A stretch of 64,000 nucleotides of DNA from Myxococcales bacterium (GTDB lineage: Bacteria; Myxococcota; Myxococcia; Myxococcales; JAKAPL01), in contig JAJXUD010000001.1 of assembly GCA_021783235.1 (NCBI GenBank), positions 170,580 to 234,579 of the forward strand. The letters are read 5' to 3'. The position numbers were made by a program, and so were the translations under genes. Below the pieces are notes generated by a model. It worked only from the letters and a program-made list of their open reading frames with translations. It was not told where the DNA came from and made no database searches. The stretch's first letter is position 1; each line of letters opens with the position of its first letter. Shown here one piece after another: positions 37,482 through 47,652 of the stretch.

Positions 37482-38005
37482 TGGACCCTCTCCTCGAAGG
37501 AGTCGTCCTCGTGAGCGCAGCCCTCTTCCTGGCCCTCTGGATCGCTGCGAAGACCGGCGATCCGAACCTCGATCGCTTCGGCATCCGAGGCCGCATCATC
37601 CTCCGGGGCGCGGAGCACTTCGGCCCGCGGCTCTCTCGGCCAATCGTGCGGGCTCTCATGGCGATCGTCCACCAGGAGAGCGGCGGATTGCAGGTGAATT
37701 ACCTCGGCGACAAGACCGCCCCCGGCGGCCCCAGCGTCGGCCCTGGCCAGGTGGAGTACGCGACCGCCAAGGAACTCGGGCTCATCCCGCAGACCGAGAC
37801 CCGCGACCAGTACGCCGCCCGCGTCTCCCAGGAGGGCTGGGGAATCGACGCGATGGTGCAGGTCTTCAAGGCGAAGCTCGCCGCGGCGCATGGCGACGTG
37901 GCCGATGCGATCCGCAGGTACAACGGCGGGGGACAGGCCGCGCTCGGATACCAGGCGTCCGCGCTCGATTGGGCTCAGCAGACCTGGCCGGGGGCCATCT
38001 CGTGA
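37481..38005 (+). CDS. E2 membrane-anchored lytic transglycosylase (SLT-like)
   Basis: 'AIVHQES' catalytic Glu, 'GPGQV', 'AIRRYNGG'; N-terminal TM. Confidence 0.85.
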   Translation: MDPLLEGVVLVSAALFLALWIAAKTGDPNLDRFGIRGRIILRGAEHFGPRLSRPIVRALMAIVHQESGGLQVNYLGDKTAPGGPSVGPGQVEYATAKELGLIPQTETRDQYAARVSQEGWGIDAMVQVFKAKLAAAHGDVADAIRRYNGGGQAALGYQASALDWAQQTWPGAIS

Positions 38006-38202
38006 TCCCGCTCGAGCTGCTCTGGGCCGTCGGCGCGGCGATCGTCGTGGAGCTCGCAAGGGCGATCACCCTCTGGCAGGTCCGGAGCATCATCGCGGCC
38101 GAGCTCCGCCCCTACGGCTCGCAGCTCCGAGCCGTCGAAACCGGTTTGCGCTCCTGTCTGGAGCGCGTCACGCGCCTCGAGGCGCAAGGAGAGCACCGAT
38201 GA
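38002..38202 (+). CDS. E2 small TM + coiled-coil protein (holin-like)
   Basis: N-terminal TM, 'ERVTRLE'. Confidence 0.6.
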   Translation: MIPLELLWAVGAAIVVELARAITLWQVRSIIAAELRPYGSQLRAVETGLRSCLERVTRLEAQGEHR

Positions 38203-38483
38203 CGACAGGCGGAACGAGCGCGATGGAGAAGATCAAGTCGGCCCTCGACAAGGCCAAGAAGATCGCCGACCAGGTCGACGACTCGGTGGACAAGCTCCAC
38301 AGCTTTGCGGGGACGTTCGCGCGGCTCATCCCGGGCCTCGGCGAGATCGAGGCCGTCGTCGTCACCCTCGCCGATGGGCTCCGCGCGGCCGTCGACACGC
38401 TCGACGGCGTCGTCTCGCTCGCCGCCGGCGATCTCCCCGCCTCGTCGACGAGCCCCACGCAGGCCCTCGAGGGCGCGAAGTGA
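38199..38483 (+). CDS. E2 amphipathic helical protein
   Basis: Homolog of 20865-21167. Confidence 0.75.
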   Translation: MTTGGTSAMEKIKSALDKAKKIADQVDDSVDKLHSFAGTFARLIPGLGEIEAVVVTLADGLRAAVDTLDGVVSLAAGDLPASSTSPTQALEGAK

Positions 38484-38653
38484 GCGGCGAGGCCTCCGCC
38501 CCGCCGAAGCCGCCGCCCCCGGGCTACGACTGCGAGTACTGGGCCTACACCCGCGGGGCCATCAAGGGCGGCCTGATCGGCCTCGCTTGCTGCGTCGCCG
38601 TCGCGTTCCTCTGCGACGCGGCGCGGGACTTCACCAGGCTGCGGCGCGCGTGA
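38480..38653 (+). CDS. E2 57-aa membrane protein
   Basis: GTGA coupling at both ends; 'GAIKGGLIGLACCVAVAFL'. Confidence 0.5.
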   Translation: MSGEASAPPKPPPPGYDCEYWAYTRGAIKGGLIGLACCVAVAFLCDAARDFTRLRRA

Positions 38654-38961
38654 TCCACGCCGAGAAGAAAGGGCCGGATGGCACGATCACGACGTTGCCG
38701 TCCGGCCTCGTCCGCGGTCCGGATGGCAAGCTGCGACGCCAAGCCGCGGCCTCGCCCCCCAAGGCCCCGGCGGTGACCAGGCAAGAGCCGCCGGCGCGCT
38801 CGCCGGAGCCGAAGCTCGAGGGAACGCCAGAACCGAAGCCCGAGAGCAAGAAGCAGGGCGGCGGGGCCATCGCTCTGCTGCTCCTCGTCCTGCTCCTCGG
38901 CTGGGGCTTCGGACGCTCGCGTGAATCGCAGAGCTTTTCGTCCGTCAGTCCCTCGTGGTAG
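38650..38961 (+). CDS. E2 protein with Pro/Lys linker and C-terminal TM
   Basis: MIHAEKKGPDG...GGAIALLLLVLLLGWG; counterpart of 20274-20657. Confidence 0.6.
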   Translation: MIHAEKKGPDGTITTLPSGLVRGPDGKLRRQAAASPPKAPAVTRQEPPARSPEPKLEGTPEPKPESKKQGGGAIALLLLVLLLGWGFGRSRESQSFSSVSPSW

Positions 38962-39016
38962 ACGGTAGGTCGGTTGGTGGACCGACGAATTCCCTGTGAT
39001 GCCTGCGGGCATCCGG

Positions 39017-39065
39017 CTGAACCCCGGAGAGTGGCGCCACCACGCCCCTCCGGGGTTCAGTTTTT
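39017..39065 (+). terminator. Intrinsic terminator ending the E2 late operon
   Basis: Perfect 13-bp stem CTGAACCCCGGAG/CTCCGGGGTTCAG followed by TTTTT. Confidence 0.75.
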
Positions 39066-39078
39066 CTAGGGAGGCCTC

Positions 39079-39354
39079 ATGCGACCCGTTGCGTTGCTCC
39101 TCGTGCTCCTCGCCGGCTGCGGCCCGGCGCTCGAGCGTCCCGCGGAATCGACGGCTGCTCTCACCCTCGACGGCGGCGGCTGTCCGGCGGGCTACGACCC
39201 CTGCCTGGGCGGCTGCATGCCGAGCGGCGAAGCCTGCTGCGCCTTCGACGGTGGCTCGACGTGGAGCTGCGGTGGTGGCTCGTCGTGCGCCGGCTTCAAG
39301 TGCTTCTCCCCCGACGCCGGCCCGTGGTGCTCCTACATCTGCTACCCGGACTGA
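39079..39354 (+). CDS. Cys-rich lipoprotein (E2 cargo)
   Basis: GGGAGG RBS; MRPVALLLVLLAGC lipobox; Cys-rich. Confidence 0.8.
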   Translation: MRPVALLLVLLAGCGPALERPAESTAALTLDGGGCPAGYDPCLGGCMPSGEACCAFDGGSTWSCGGGSSCAGFKCFSPDAGPWCSYICYPD

Positions 39355-39474
39355 CGGCCTTGTCGGACAAGGATCGCGACATGCCTGTCAGGCGCAACAG
39401 ACCCCCGAGGCCAGTCCTCTCGGGCCCTTCCCGACCTTCGCCCGCGAGGTTCGCGCGGCGAGGGCGGCGGGCCC

Positions 39475-39502
39475 GGCGGGCGGGAGGGACGTTATGTTCC
39501 TT
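39475..39502 (+). other. dif-like attachment site R: GGCGGGCGGGA-GGGACG-TTATGTTCCTT
   Basis: 16 bp shared with site M; about 25 bp downstream of the guaA stop; carries the original 5' end (MRRRNITS) of the host lipoprotein gene. Confidence 0.8.
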
Positions 39503-39524
39503 CGACGCATTCCCGACAGACCGC

Positions 39525-41069
39525 TCATTCCCATTCGATGGTCGCCGGCGGCTTCGAGCTGACGTCGTAGACGACCCGATTGATGCCCCTCACCTCGTTC
39601 GTGATGCGCGACGAGATCTTGGCGAGCAGCTCCGGCGGCAGCCGAGCCCAGTCGGCGGTCATGCCGTCGAGACTCTCGACGGCGCGAACGACGCAGGTCG
39701 ACTCGTAGGTGCGCTCGTCCCCCATGACTCCCACCGACTGCACCGGCAAGAGCACGGCGAACGCCTGCCAGAGCCGCCGCTCGAGCGCGGCCTGACGGAT
39801 CTCCTCCTGGACGATCACGTCGGCGGCGCGGACGAGCGAGAGCCGCTCGGGGTTGATCTCGCCGAGGATCCGGATGGCGAGGCCAGGCCCCGGGAACGGC
39901 TGCCGCTCGAGCACCTCGGCCGGCATCCCGAGCTCGCGGCCGAGCTCGCGAACCTCGTCCTTGAACAGCTCGCGCAGCGGCTCGACGAGCCGGAAACCGA
40001 GCCGCTCGGGAAGCCCGCCGACGTTGTGGTGGCTCTTGATGGCCGCCGAGGGGCCGTGGACGCTGACCGACTCGATGACGTCCGGGTAGAGCGTCCCCTG
40101 GACCAAGAACTCGAAGCCACCGAGCTCGCGGGCCTCCTCCTCGAAGACCGAGATGAACTCCTGGCCGATCCGCTTCCGCTTGGCCTCCGGGTCGACGACG
40201 CCGCCGAGCCGCTCGAGGAAGCGCGCCGAGGCGTCGACGCAGCGCAGCGGCAGATGGAAGCCGCGCTCGAAGACCTCGCGCACCTGACGGGCCTCTCCCG
40301 CCCGAAGGAGCCCCGTGTCGACGAAGACGCACTGGAGCCGGTCGCCGATCGCCTCGTGGACGAGCAGCGCCGCCACCGCCGAATCGACGCCACCGGAGAG
40401 CGCGCAGAGCGCCCGCCCTGCGCCCACCGTGGTCCGGATGGCCTCGACGGCCGAGGATCGGTAGCCGCGCATGCTCCAGGAGGGCTCGCAGCCGCAGATC
40501 CGGCGGACGAAGTTGCCGAGGATCGCGGCTCCGTCGGGCGTGTGGACGACCTCCGGGTGGAACTGCACGCCGTAGATCGGCCGTGTCTCATGGGCCACGG
40601 CCGCGGTGGGACAGTCGGAGGTCTCGCCGATGGGGCGGAACCCGGGCGCGAGCCGCTCGACCCGGTCGCCGTGGGACATCCAGACCGGCAGCCGGCGGCC
40701 GAGCCCCTGGAACAGGGGCGAGCCTGGATCGACCGAGATCTCGGCGCCGCCGAACTCGCGCCGCTCTCCCCGACGGACCTCGCCCCCGAGGAGCGAGGTG
40801 AGCAGCTGGAGCCCATAGCAGATGCCGAGCAGCGGGACGCCGAGCTCGAGGATCTCTGGGCGGACCGTCGGCGATCCTGGCGCGGTCACGGAGGCGGGGC
40901 CACCGGACAGCACGATTCCCTTCGGCGCGAAGGCCCGGATCTCCTCGAGCGAGCAGTGGTAGGGGCGGATCTCGCAGTAGACGTGGAGCTCACGGATCCT
41001 TCGCGCGATGAGCTGGGTCGTCTGGCTGCCGAAATCGAGGATGAGGATCCGATCGACGGGGAGGCTCAT
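39525..41069 (-). CDS. guaA: GMP synthase (glutamine-hydrolysing)
   Basis: 'ILDFGSQ', 'GICYG', 'LSGGVDS', '[11 protein letters not shown]', '[10 protein letters not shown]'. Confidence 0.98.
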   Translation of the reverse strand: MSLPVDRILILDFGSQTTQLIARRIRELHVYCEIRPYHCSLEEIRAFAPKGIVLSGGPASVTAPGSPTVRPEILELGVPLLGICYGLQLLTSLLGGEVRRGERREFGGAEISVDPGSPLFQGLGRRLPVWMSHGDRVERLAPGFRPIGETSDCPTAAVAHETRPIYGVQFHPEVVHTPDGAAILGNFVRRICGCEPSWSMRGYRSSAVEAIRTTVGAGRALCALSGGVDSAVAALLVHEAIGDRLQCVFVDTGLLRAGEARQVREVFERGFHLPLRCVDASARFLERLGGVVDPEAKRKRIGQEFISVFEEEARELGGFEFLVQGTLYPDVIESVSVHGPSAAIKSHHNVGGLPERLGFRLVEPLRELFKDEVRELGRELGMPAEVLERQPFPGPGLAIRILGEINPERLSLVRAADVIVQEEIRQAALERRLWQAFAVLLPVQSVGVMGDERTYESTCVVRAVESLDGMTADWARLPPELLAKISSRITNEVRGINRVVYDVSSKPPATIEWE

Positions 41070-41122
41070 GGCTGGCTCCGAGCGTTGACAGCTCGCGGGG
41101 GGGCTCGATACAACCGTCCCGA

Positions 41123-41719
41123 GTGACGCGCTACCCTATCCGATGGGGCCTCCTCGCTGCCAGCGGGCTTCTGAGCGCCTGCGCGCACCCGGCCTACGGT
41201 CCCTCCTCCGACGACCGGCTCTCCGCCGAGGTTCAGGACAGCGCCCAGCTCTCGGCCGCGAAGTCCACCGACCGCGTCCTCTCCTGTGCCGACCTCGACG
41301 AGTCGCTCGCGCGGGCCCGCAACGGCGAGCGGCCCGAGTCCGACCGGCTCCGAAGCTACATGCACCTCTACCGCGAGCTCGTGGGGCGGACCCAGGCGAA
41401 CCAGAAGGCGTTCGACCGCCATCCCGAGCTCGTCTACGGCGGCGGCAAGGAGCAGGCCGCGGCCGCGGCGTCGCGCAGCGCCTCCGACCAGTGCCAGCAG
41501 ATGCTCGCCGACGCCCGCTCGGAGTTCGACCTGCTCGTCCGCGAGCTCTTCCAGCCACTCATCATCACGGACGTCGCATCGGGCCGGAAGCTCAAGGTCG
41601 CGCGGATCAGCTTCCCGCTGCTCAAGAGCGCGGTCCAGGAGCTCGCGCCGACCGACCAGGACTCCCTGCTCGAGAAGATCGCGATCGCGGAGAAGCTCGT
41701 CGACAGCCGCCACCGCTGA
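41123..41719 (+). CDS. Hypothetical lipoprotein
   Basis: Lipobox 'LSAC'; fills the gap between guaA and guaB. Confidence 0.65.
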   Translation: MTRYPIRWGLLAASGLLSACAHPAYGPSSDDRLSAEVQDSAQLSAAKSTDRVLSCADLDESLARARNGERPESDRLRSYMHLYRELVGRTQANQKAFDRHPELVYGGGKEQAAAAASRSASDQCQQMLADARSEFDLLVRELFQPLIITDVASGRKLKVARISFPLLKSAVQELAPTDQDSLLEKIAIAEKLVDSRHR

Positions 41720-41721
41720 CG

Positions 41722-43191
<1,470 letters not shown>

Positions 43192-43575
43192 TTACGGAAA
43201 GGCGACGACCACCTCATGAGGGCCATCGCCGTCGACGTGGAACGGCAATCTTCGGGGATCCGGACGACTCGATCCGAGGGCCGAGGCCGAGAGCTCGTAG
43301 TCGCCCGGCGGCAGCTCGAGGCGCTGGATCTCGCTTCGTGGTCCCGCCGGAGCGCCGGGCTCGAAGTGCCACTCGGCGTGCCGCTCGAGACGACCTCGCG
43401 CGTAGATGTCCGACCGGAGCCCGGTCGCGCCCCGGTCCGCGAGTTCGTAGCGCACCGTCACCGTCTCGCGGTGGCCGCGCTCCATGAGCCAGGCGCCGAA
43501 GACGATGACGAGGAGGAGCGGGAGCCGCCGGAGGAGCCGGTGGCCGCCGAACCAGCTTCTCAGCCGCTCGATCAA
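43192..43575 (-). CDS. Hypothetical membrane-anchored protein
   Basis: One TM segment; coupled to the upstream gene. Confidence 0.55.
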   Translation of the reverse strand: MIERLRSWFGGHRLLRRLPLLLVIVFGAWLMERGHRETVTVRYELADRGATGLRSDIYARGRLERHAEWHFEPGAPAGPRSEIQRLELPPGDYELSASALGSSRPDPRRLPFHVDGDGPHEVVVAFP

Positions 43576-44093
43576 CCGTGGTCCTTCGGGCCTGGCGAGC
43601 CCTGCGATCCCGGGCCGGACCTTCGTCCTCGGCGCAGCCTAACGCTCGGATCGCCCGTCATCTGCGGCTTCAAGCCTTTCCCCTCGTCGGGGTGGAGGCG
43701 GATCTCGGTCTTCACCTCGATGGTGACGTCCGTGAGGAGCTTGAGGATCTCCTGGTGGAGCTGGGCGGACTCGAAGAAGCGGCGGATCTCCTCGCCCAGA
43801 ATCCGGATGACGTCCTGCTTCGTCCGATCGGCCTGCGAGAGCAGCGCCCCGATCAGCTCCTTCGGGAGCTTGAGCTCGCCGACCAGGTTGCGGATCCCCT
43901 CCTCGGTCATGAAGAGGGCGCCGACGCCGGCCACGATGGCCTTGCGCATGAAGTCGGTGGCGCGGCCGCGCAGGCCACCGTCGCCGCCCTCGCCCTCCGG
44001 GGGAAGCGCCCCCTCTTCCTCGTCGAACAACGGGTCGGGGTCGGACGGATCGGGCGGCGTCGCCCCGCCGTCGATGGGGTGATGCCTCGTCAC
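43572..44093 (-). CDS. Hypothetical protein (phasin-like helical)
   Basis: 'AIVAGVGALFMTEEGIR'. Confidence 0.65.
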   Translation of the reverse strand: MTRHHPIDGGATPPDPSDPDPLFDEEEGALPPEGEGGDGGLRGRATDFMRKAIVAGVGALFMTEEGIRNLVGELKLPKELIGALLSQADRTKQDVIRILGEEIRRFFESAQLHQEILKLLTDVTIEVKTEIRLHPDEGKGLKPQMTGDPSVRLRRGRRSGPGSQGSPGPKDHG

Positions 44094-45179
44094 CTAGGAT
44101 CCCGTCCGGAAGATGGGGAGCTTCGTCGTGGAGCTCCGCATCGACAGCTGCCCGGCGACCCGCTTTGCGACCTCGAGGAACGCTCGCGCCTGCGCGCCCT
44201 CCGGCTGGGCGGAGGCGACCGGCTCGCCCTTGTCTCCGCCCTCGCGGATCGACGGCTCGAGCGGAACCCGCCCGAAAAATGGGATCGCGAGCCGCTCGCA
44301 GGCCTTCTCGGCGCCGCCGCGGTCGAAGATGGCCGTCTCGTGCTGGCAGTGCGGGCAGACGAAGCCCGACATGTTCTCGACGAGGCCGAGCACCGGGATG
44401 CCGACCTTGTCGAACATCATCTTGGCCTTGAGGACGTCCGAGAGGGCGACGTCCTGCGGCGTGGAGACGAGGACCACGCCCGCGGAGCGCACCTGCTGGG
44501 CGAGCGTCAGCGGAATGTCGCCGGTCCCTGGCGGCAGGTCCAGGACCAGGTAGTCGAGCTCGCCCCAGTCGACGTCGCGCAGGAGCTGGATCAGGGCCCC
44601 GTGGAGCATGGGACCACGCCAGACGAGCGCCTGATCGGGATCCACGAGGAAGCCGATCGACATGACCGCGAGGCCGTGGGCGCGCAGCGGCGCGAGCCGC
44701 CGGCCGTCCTTCGACTCCGGGCGGTCGTGGACGCCGGTCATGATCGGGATCGAGGGGCCGTAAAAGTCCGCGTCGAGCAGGCCGACCTTCGCGCCGCAGC
44801 GGGCGAGCGAGACGGCGATGTTCAGCGCGACGGTCGACTTGCCGACCCCACCCTTGCCGGCGCCGACGAGCACGATGTTCTTGACCTGCGGGACGAGCTC
44901 CTGGGCGGGCTGGTTCGTGCCGGCCGCGCGGCGGACCTCCGCGCCCCAGGCGACGTCGATTCGACCGATCCCAGGGATCGCGCCGAGCGCCTTCTGCACG
45001 TCGGCCTCGATCTGCTCCTTGAGCGGGCAGGCGGGGGTGGTCAGCTCGACCTTCAAGGCGACGTTCGCCCCGTCGACGCGCAGATCCTTGATCATCCCCG
45101 CCGACACGAGATCGCGGTGCAGCTCGGGGTCCAGAACTTTCGAGAGGGCCTCGAGGACCTCCCGCTCCGTCAATGCCAT
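44094..45179 (-). CDS. mrp: Fe-S cluster carrier ATPase Mrp/ApbC
   Basis: N-terminal DUF59 'LTTPACP', 'GKGGVGKST', 'WRGPM', 'CPHC'. Confidence 0.95.
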   Translation of the reverse strand: MALTEREVLEALSKVLDPELHRDLVSAGMIKDLRVDGANVALKVELTTPACPLKEQIEADVQKALGAIPGIGRIDVAWGAEVRRAAGTNQPAQELVPQVKNIVLVGAGKGGVGKSTVALNIAVSLARCGAKVGLLDADFYGPSIPIMTGVHDRPESKDGRRLAPLRAHGLAVMSIGFLVDPDQALVWRGPMLHGALIQLLRDVDWGELDYLVLDLPPGTGDIPLTLAQQVRSAGVVLVSTPQDVALSDVLKAKMMFDKVGIPVLGLVENMSGFVCPHCQHETAIFDRGGAEKACERLAIPFFGRVPLEPSIREGGDKGEPVASAQPEGAQARAFLEVAKRVAGQLSMRSSTTKLPIFRTGS

Positions 45180-45290
45180 GAGCGTCGTCTCCTCGTTCCG
45201 TGGGGTCGCGTCTGCACGGGGCGCCGGATCCTGACGACGCCGTCCCTGAGTGTCAAGAACATCGGGCCGCGCCGTCGAAATCCGGTCGGC

Positions 45291-46943
45291 TCAACGCAGC
45301 GAAGGGCCGTCGTGGAAGGCCAGCGGCCCGGCGCGACTGCCGATCGCGAGATCTCGCACCGCCCCGGCCCACGACAGGGGAGCCGCGCCCGAGCCGTAGG
45401 CGCGGACTTTGGGCTTCCCCCGGATCCCGCCGAGCTCCGCCGTCAGCTCCAGGGCTCGGGCGAAGCCGCCCACCTCGTCGACCAGGCCGATCTCGCCGGC
45501 GCGCTGCCCCGTGTAGATCCGGCCGCCGGCGACCGCGCGGATCTCCTCGACCGTCCGCCGGCGCGACTTCGCGACGACCTGCAAGAACTCCTCGTAGAGC
45601 TCGCCGACGATCCGGTCGGCCGCCGCCCGCTCCTCCGCGTTCATCGCCCCCCAGGGCTGAGCGAGACCGGAGGTGGCGCTCGTCCGGAGAAGCTCCCGCC
45701 GGACGCCGATTCGGATCAGCGCGTCGCCGGGGTCGAACCGCCCGTAGAAGACGCCGATCGAGCCGACGATCGCGAGCGGCGCGGCCACGATCCGGGTCGC
45801 GCCGCACGCCGCGAAGTAGCCGCCGCTGGCGGCGACCGCGTCGACGTAGGCCACGACCGGCTTCTCCGCCGCCGTCCGCTCGATCTCGTGCCAGATGAGC
45901 TCGGAGGCGCCCGCCGAGCCGCCCCGCGAGTCGACGTAGAGGAGCACCGAACGAACCGAGCGATCGCGGCGGATCGCCTGGAGAAGCTCGGCGGCCGATT
46001 GGCTCCCGAAGAAGCGCCCGCCCGTCGGGAGCTCGGCGCTCCGTCCCTCTCGGATGAGCCCGCGAAGCGTGACGAGCCCCACGGCCGGACCGCGGCGCAA
46101 GGGCACGAGCCCGAGCGGCGGGAGGCCGGGACGGAGCCGGCGCCCGCTCCCGGGGCGAGTCTTTTCCGGCGCGAGCTCTCGGAGGGCCTCGTCCACGAAG
46201 CCCACGCGGTCGACGAGCCCCGCGGCGAGCGCCGATCGGCCCGTGAGCGGCCCCCGGTCGAGGGCGCTCTGGACCTCGCCCGGAGGCAGCCGCTTCCCGA
46301 GCGTCTCCGAGAGCTTTCGGTGCGCCTCCGCGAGCAGCCCTCGGGCGGTCTCCCGCTGCGCCTCCGACGCCTCGACGCGGGTGAAGAGCTCGGGCGCCGT
46401 CTTGTGCTCCTCCCGCCGGAAGAACTCCGGCCGCAGGCCGAGCTTTCCGAGCGCCGCTCCCGCCGAGCTGAGCGCCAGCGAAGGGCCGGTCAGGTCGAGC
46501 GTGCCGCTCGGCGGCAAGACGAGCCGCCCGACGCCGCAAAGGGCGGCGTAGGAGCGGCCGTCCAGCGCCTCGGCCCAGACGACGACCTGCCGCCCAGCCG
46601 CGTGAACCCGCTGCAGCTGTGCCGAAAGCGCGTCGAGCTGGGCCCAGGAGCCGTGGATCCCATCGGCGCGGACCAAGAGGCCGCGACAGCGCCGGGAGGC
46701 GACGATCCGATCGCAGAGATCCGCTACCTCCTCGATGCTCGCCGAGGAGGGGGCGCGGCTGAGGTGCCGCTCGAGCCAGCCTGGCCGCCGCTTCCGGTAG
46801 CGAAGCGGACCGGCGAGCCGCAGCTCCACCCACTCGGGCCCCCGGAGACCGAGCGCCCATCGCCCGATCGCCCGCAGGGGCCAGCCGAGGAGCGCGAGGA
46901 GATTCCAGACGAGCGAGACGAGCGCGCGCAGCATGCGGAACAT
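45291..46943 (-). CDS. sppA: Signal peptide peptidase SppA (S49)
   Basis: 'VDSRGGS', 'AASGGY', 'GSIGV', 'GRIYTG..A..IGLVD'. Confidence 0.85.
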   Translation of the reverse strand: MFRMLRALVSLVWNLLALLGWPLRAIGRWALGLRGPEWVELRLAGPLRYRKRRPGWLERHLSRAPSSASIEEVADLCDRIVASRRCRGLLVRADGIHGSWAQLDALSAQLQRVHAAGRQVVVWAEALDGRSYAALCGVGRLVLPPSGTLDLTGPSLALSSAGAALGKLGLRPEFFRREEHKTAPELFTRVEASEAQRETARGLLAEAHRKLSETLGKRLPPGEVQSALDRGPLTGRSALAAGLVDRVGFVDEALRELAPEKTRPGSGRRLRPGLPPLGLVPLRRGPAVGLVTLRGLIREGRSAELPTGGRFFGSQSAAELLQAIRRDRSVRSVLLYVDSRGGSAGASELIWHEIERTAAEKPVVAYVDAVAASGGYFAACGATRIVAAPLAIVGSIGVFYGRFDPGDALIRIGVRRELLRTSATSGLAQPWGAMNAEERAAADRIVGELYEEFLQVVAKSRRRTVEEIRAVAGGRIYTGQRAGEIGLVDEVGGFARALELTAELGGIRGKPKVRAYGSGAAPLSWAGAVRDLAIGSRAGPLAFHDGPSLR

Positions 46944-46959
46944 GGTAGCATCCGCGACG

Positions 46960-47652
46960 ATGAATCTCAGGGAAGTTCCGATGCTGGCCCTCGGCCTTCT
47001 CCTCGTCGCCTCGACCGGAGCGTCCCGGTCCGCGCTGGCACGCGATCCCGCGCCGGGCGCCGCCGCGTCCGCCCCCGGCGACGAGGAGGCCGCGACGGAT
47101 CCCGAGCCGGTCCACCCGAGGGCCAGCCGACCGGGCGCGCGCCCGGTCGGGCCTCCGCCCCAGTTCGGCGCGGTCCCGACGCCCCCGCAGCCGACCGAGA
47201 GCTACGATCTCATCGATCAGCTGGTCTATTACGGTGGCCTCTTCCTCCTGCTCATCGGCGCCGTCGCCCTGCTCTATCGGCGCCTCGTCTTCATGTTCTC
47301 GCTCGAGCCCACCCCCGAGCTCGCGGTGGGGCTGCCCGCGTCCGAGGCTCCCGAGCCGGAGCCCGCGGCGCGAAGGAGCGCCCCTGCGCCGCCGCCGCCG
47401 CGCGCGCCCGCGCCCGCCGAGCCGCCCAGGCCGCGAGCGGCGGCCCAGCCCTCGCCGGGCGAGCTGCTCTCACGCGCCGCGCAGGCGCTCTCGAGCCTCG
47501 AGGGCAAGTGGGTGACGGCCTCAGGACTCGCGGCGACCCTGGAGGTCGACGAGGCGACGGGCTCGCGGCTGCTCGATCGGCTCGTCGACGAGGGCCACGC
47601 CCAGGAGGCGCGGACGCAGGACGGCCAGACGGTCTATCGCTCGGCCCGCTGA
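46960..47652 (+). CDS. Hypothetical membrane protein with C-terminal wHTH-like domain (start uncertain)
   Basis: Signal-like N-terminus, TM segment, Pro-rich linker. Confidence 0.55.
   Translation: MNLREVPMLALGLLLVASTGASRSALARDPAPGAAASAPGDEEAATDPEPVHPRASRPGARPVGPPPQFGAVPTPPQPTESYDLIDQLVYYGGLFLLLIGAVALLYRRLVFMFSLEPTPELAVGLPASEAPEPEPAARRSAPAPPPPRAPAPAEPPRPRAAAQPSPGELLSRAAQALSSLEGKWVTASGLAATLEVDEATGSRLLDRLVDEGHAQEARTQDGQTVYRSAR

Larger units (their letters stand above)
28661..39500 (+). mobile_element. Provirus E2 (10,824-bp unit), putative tailless double-jelly-roll virus with rolling-circle Rep, without integrase
   Basis: 16-bp direct repeats at 28661-28676 and 39485-39500; HUH Rep, ATPase, capsid-like protein, SLT. 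Confidence 0.85.

Noticed and set aside
18882-39500. Filamentous phage (inovirus) or conjugative element
   Set aside because: The ATPases lack the Zot-type C-terminal TM/extension; a large beta-rich capsid-like protein and an SLT are present; no T4SS or relaxase-coupling genes.
39500-39560. Classical guaA 3'-end island with a P4-like integrase
   Set aside because: There is no duplication of the guaA 3' end and no integrase; the crossover core lies downstream, in the next gene.
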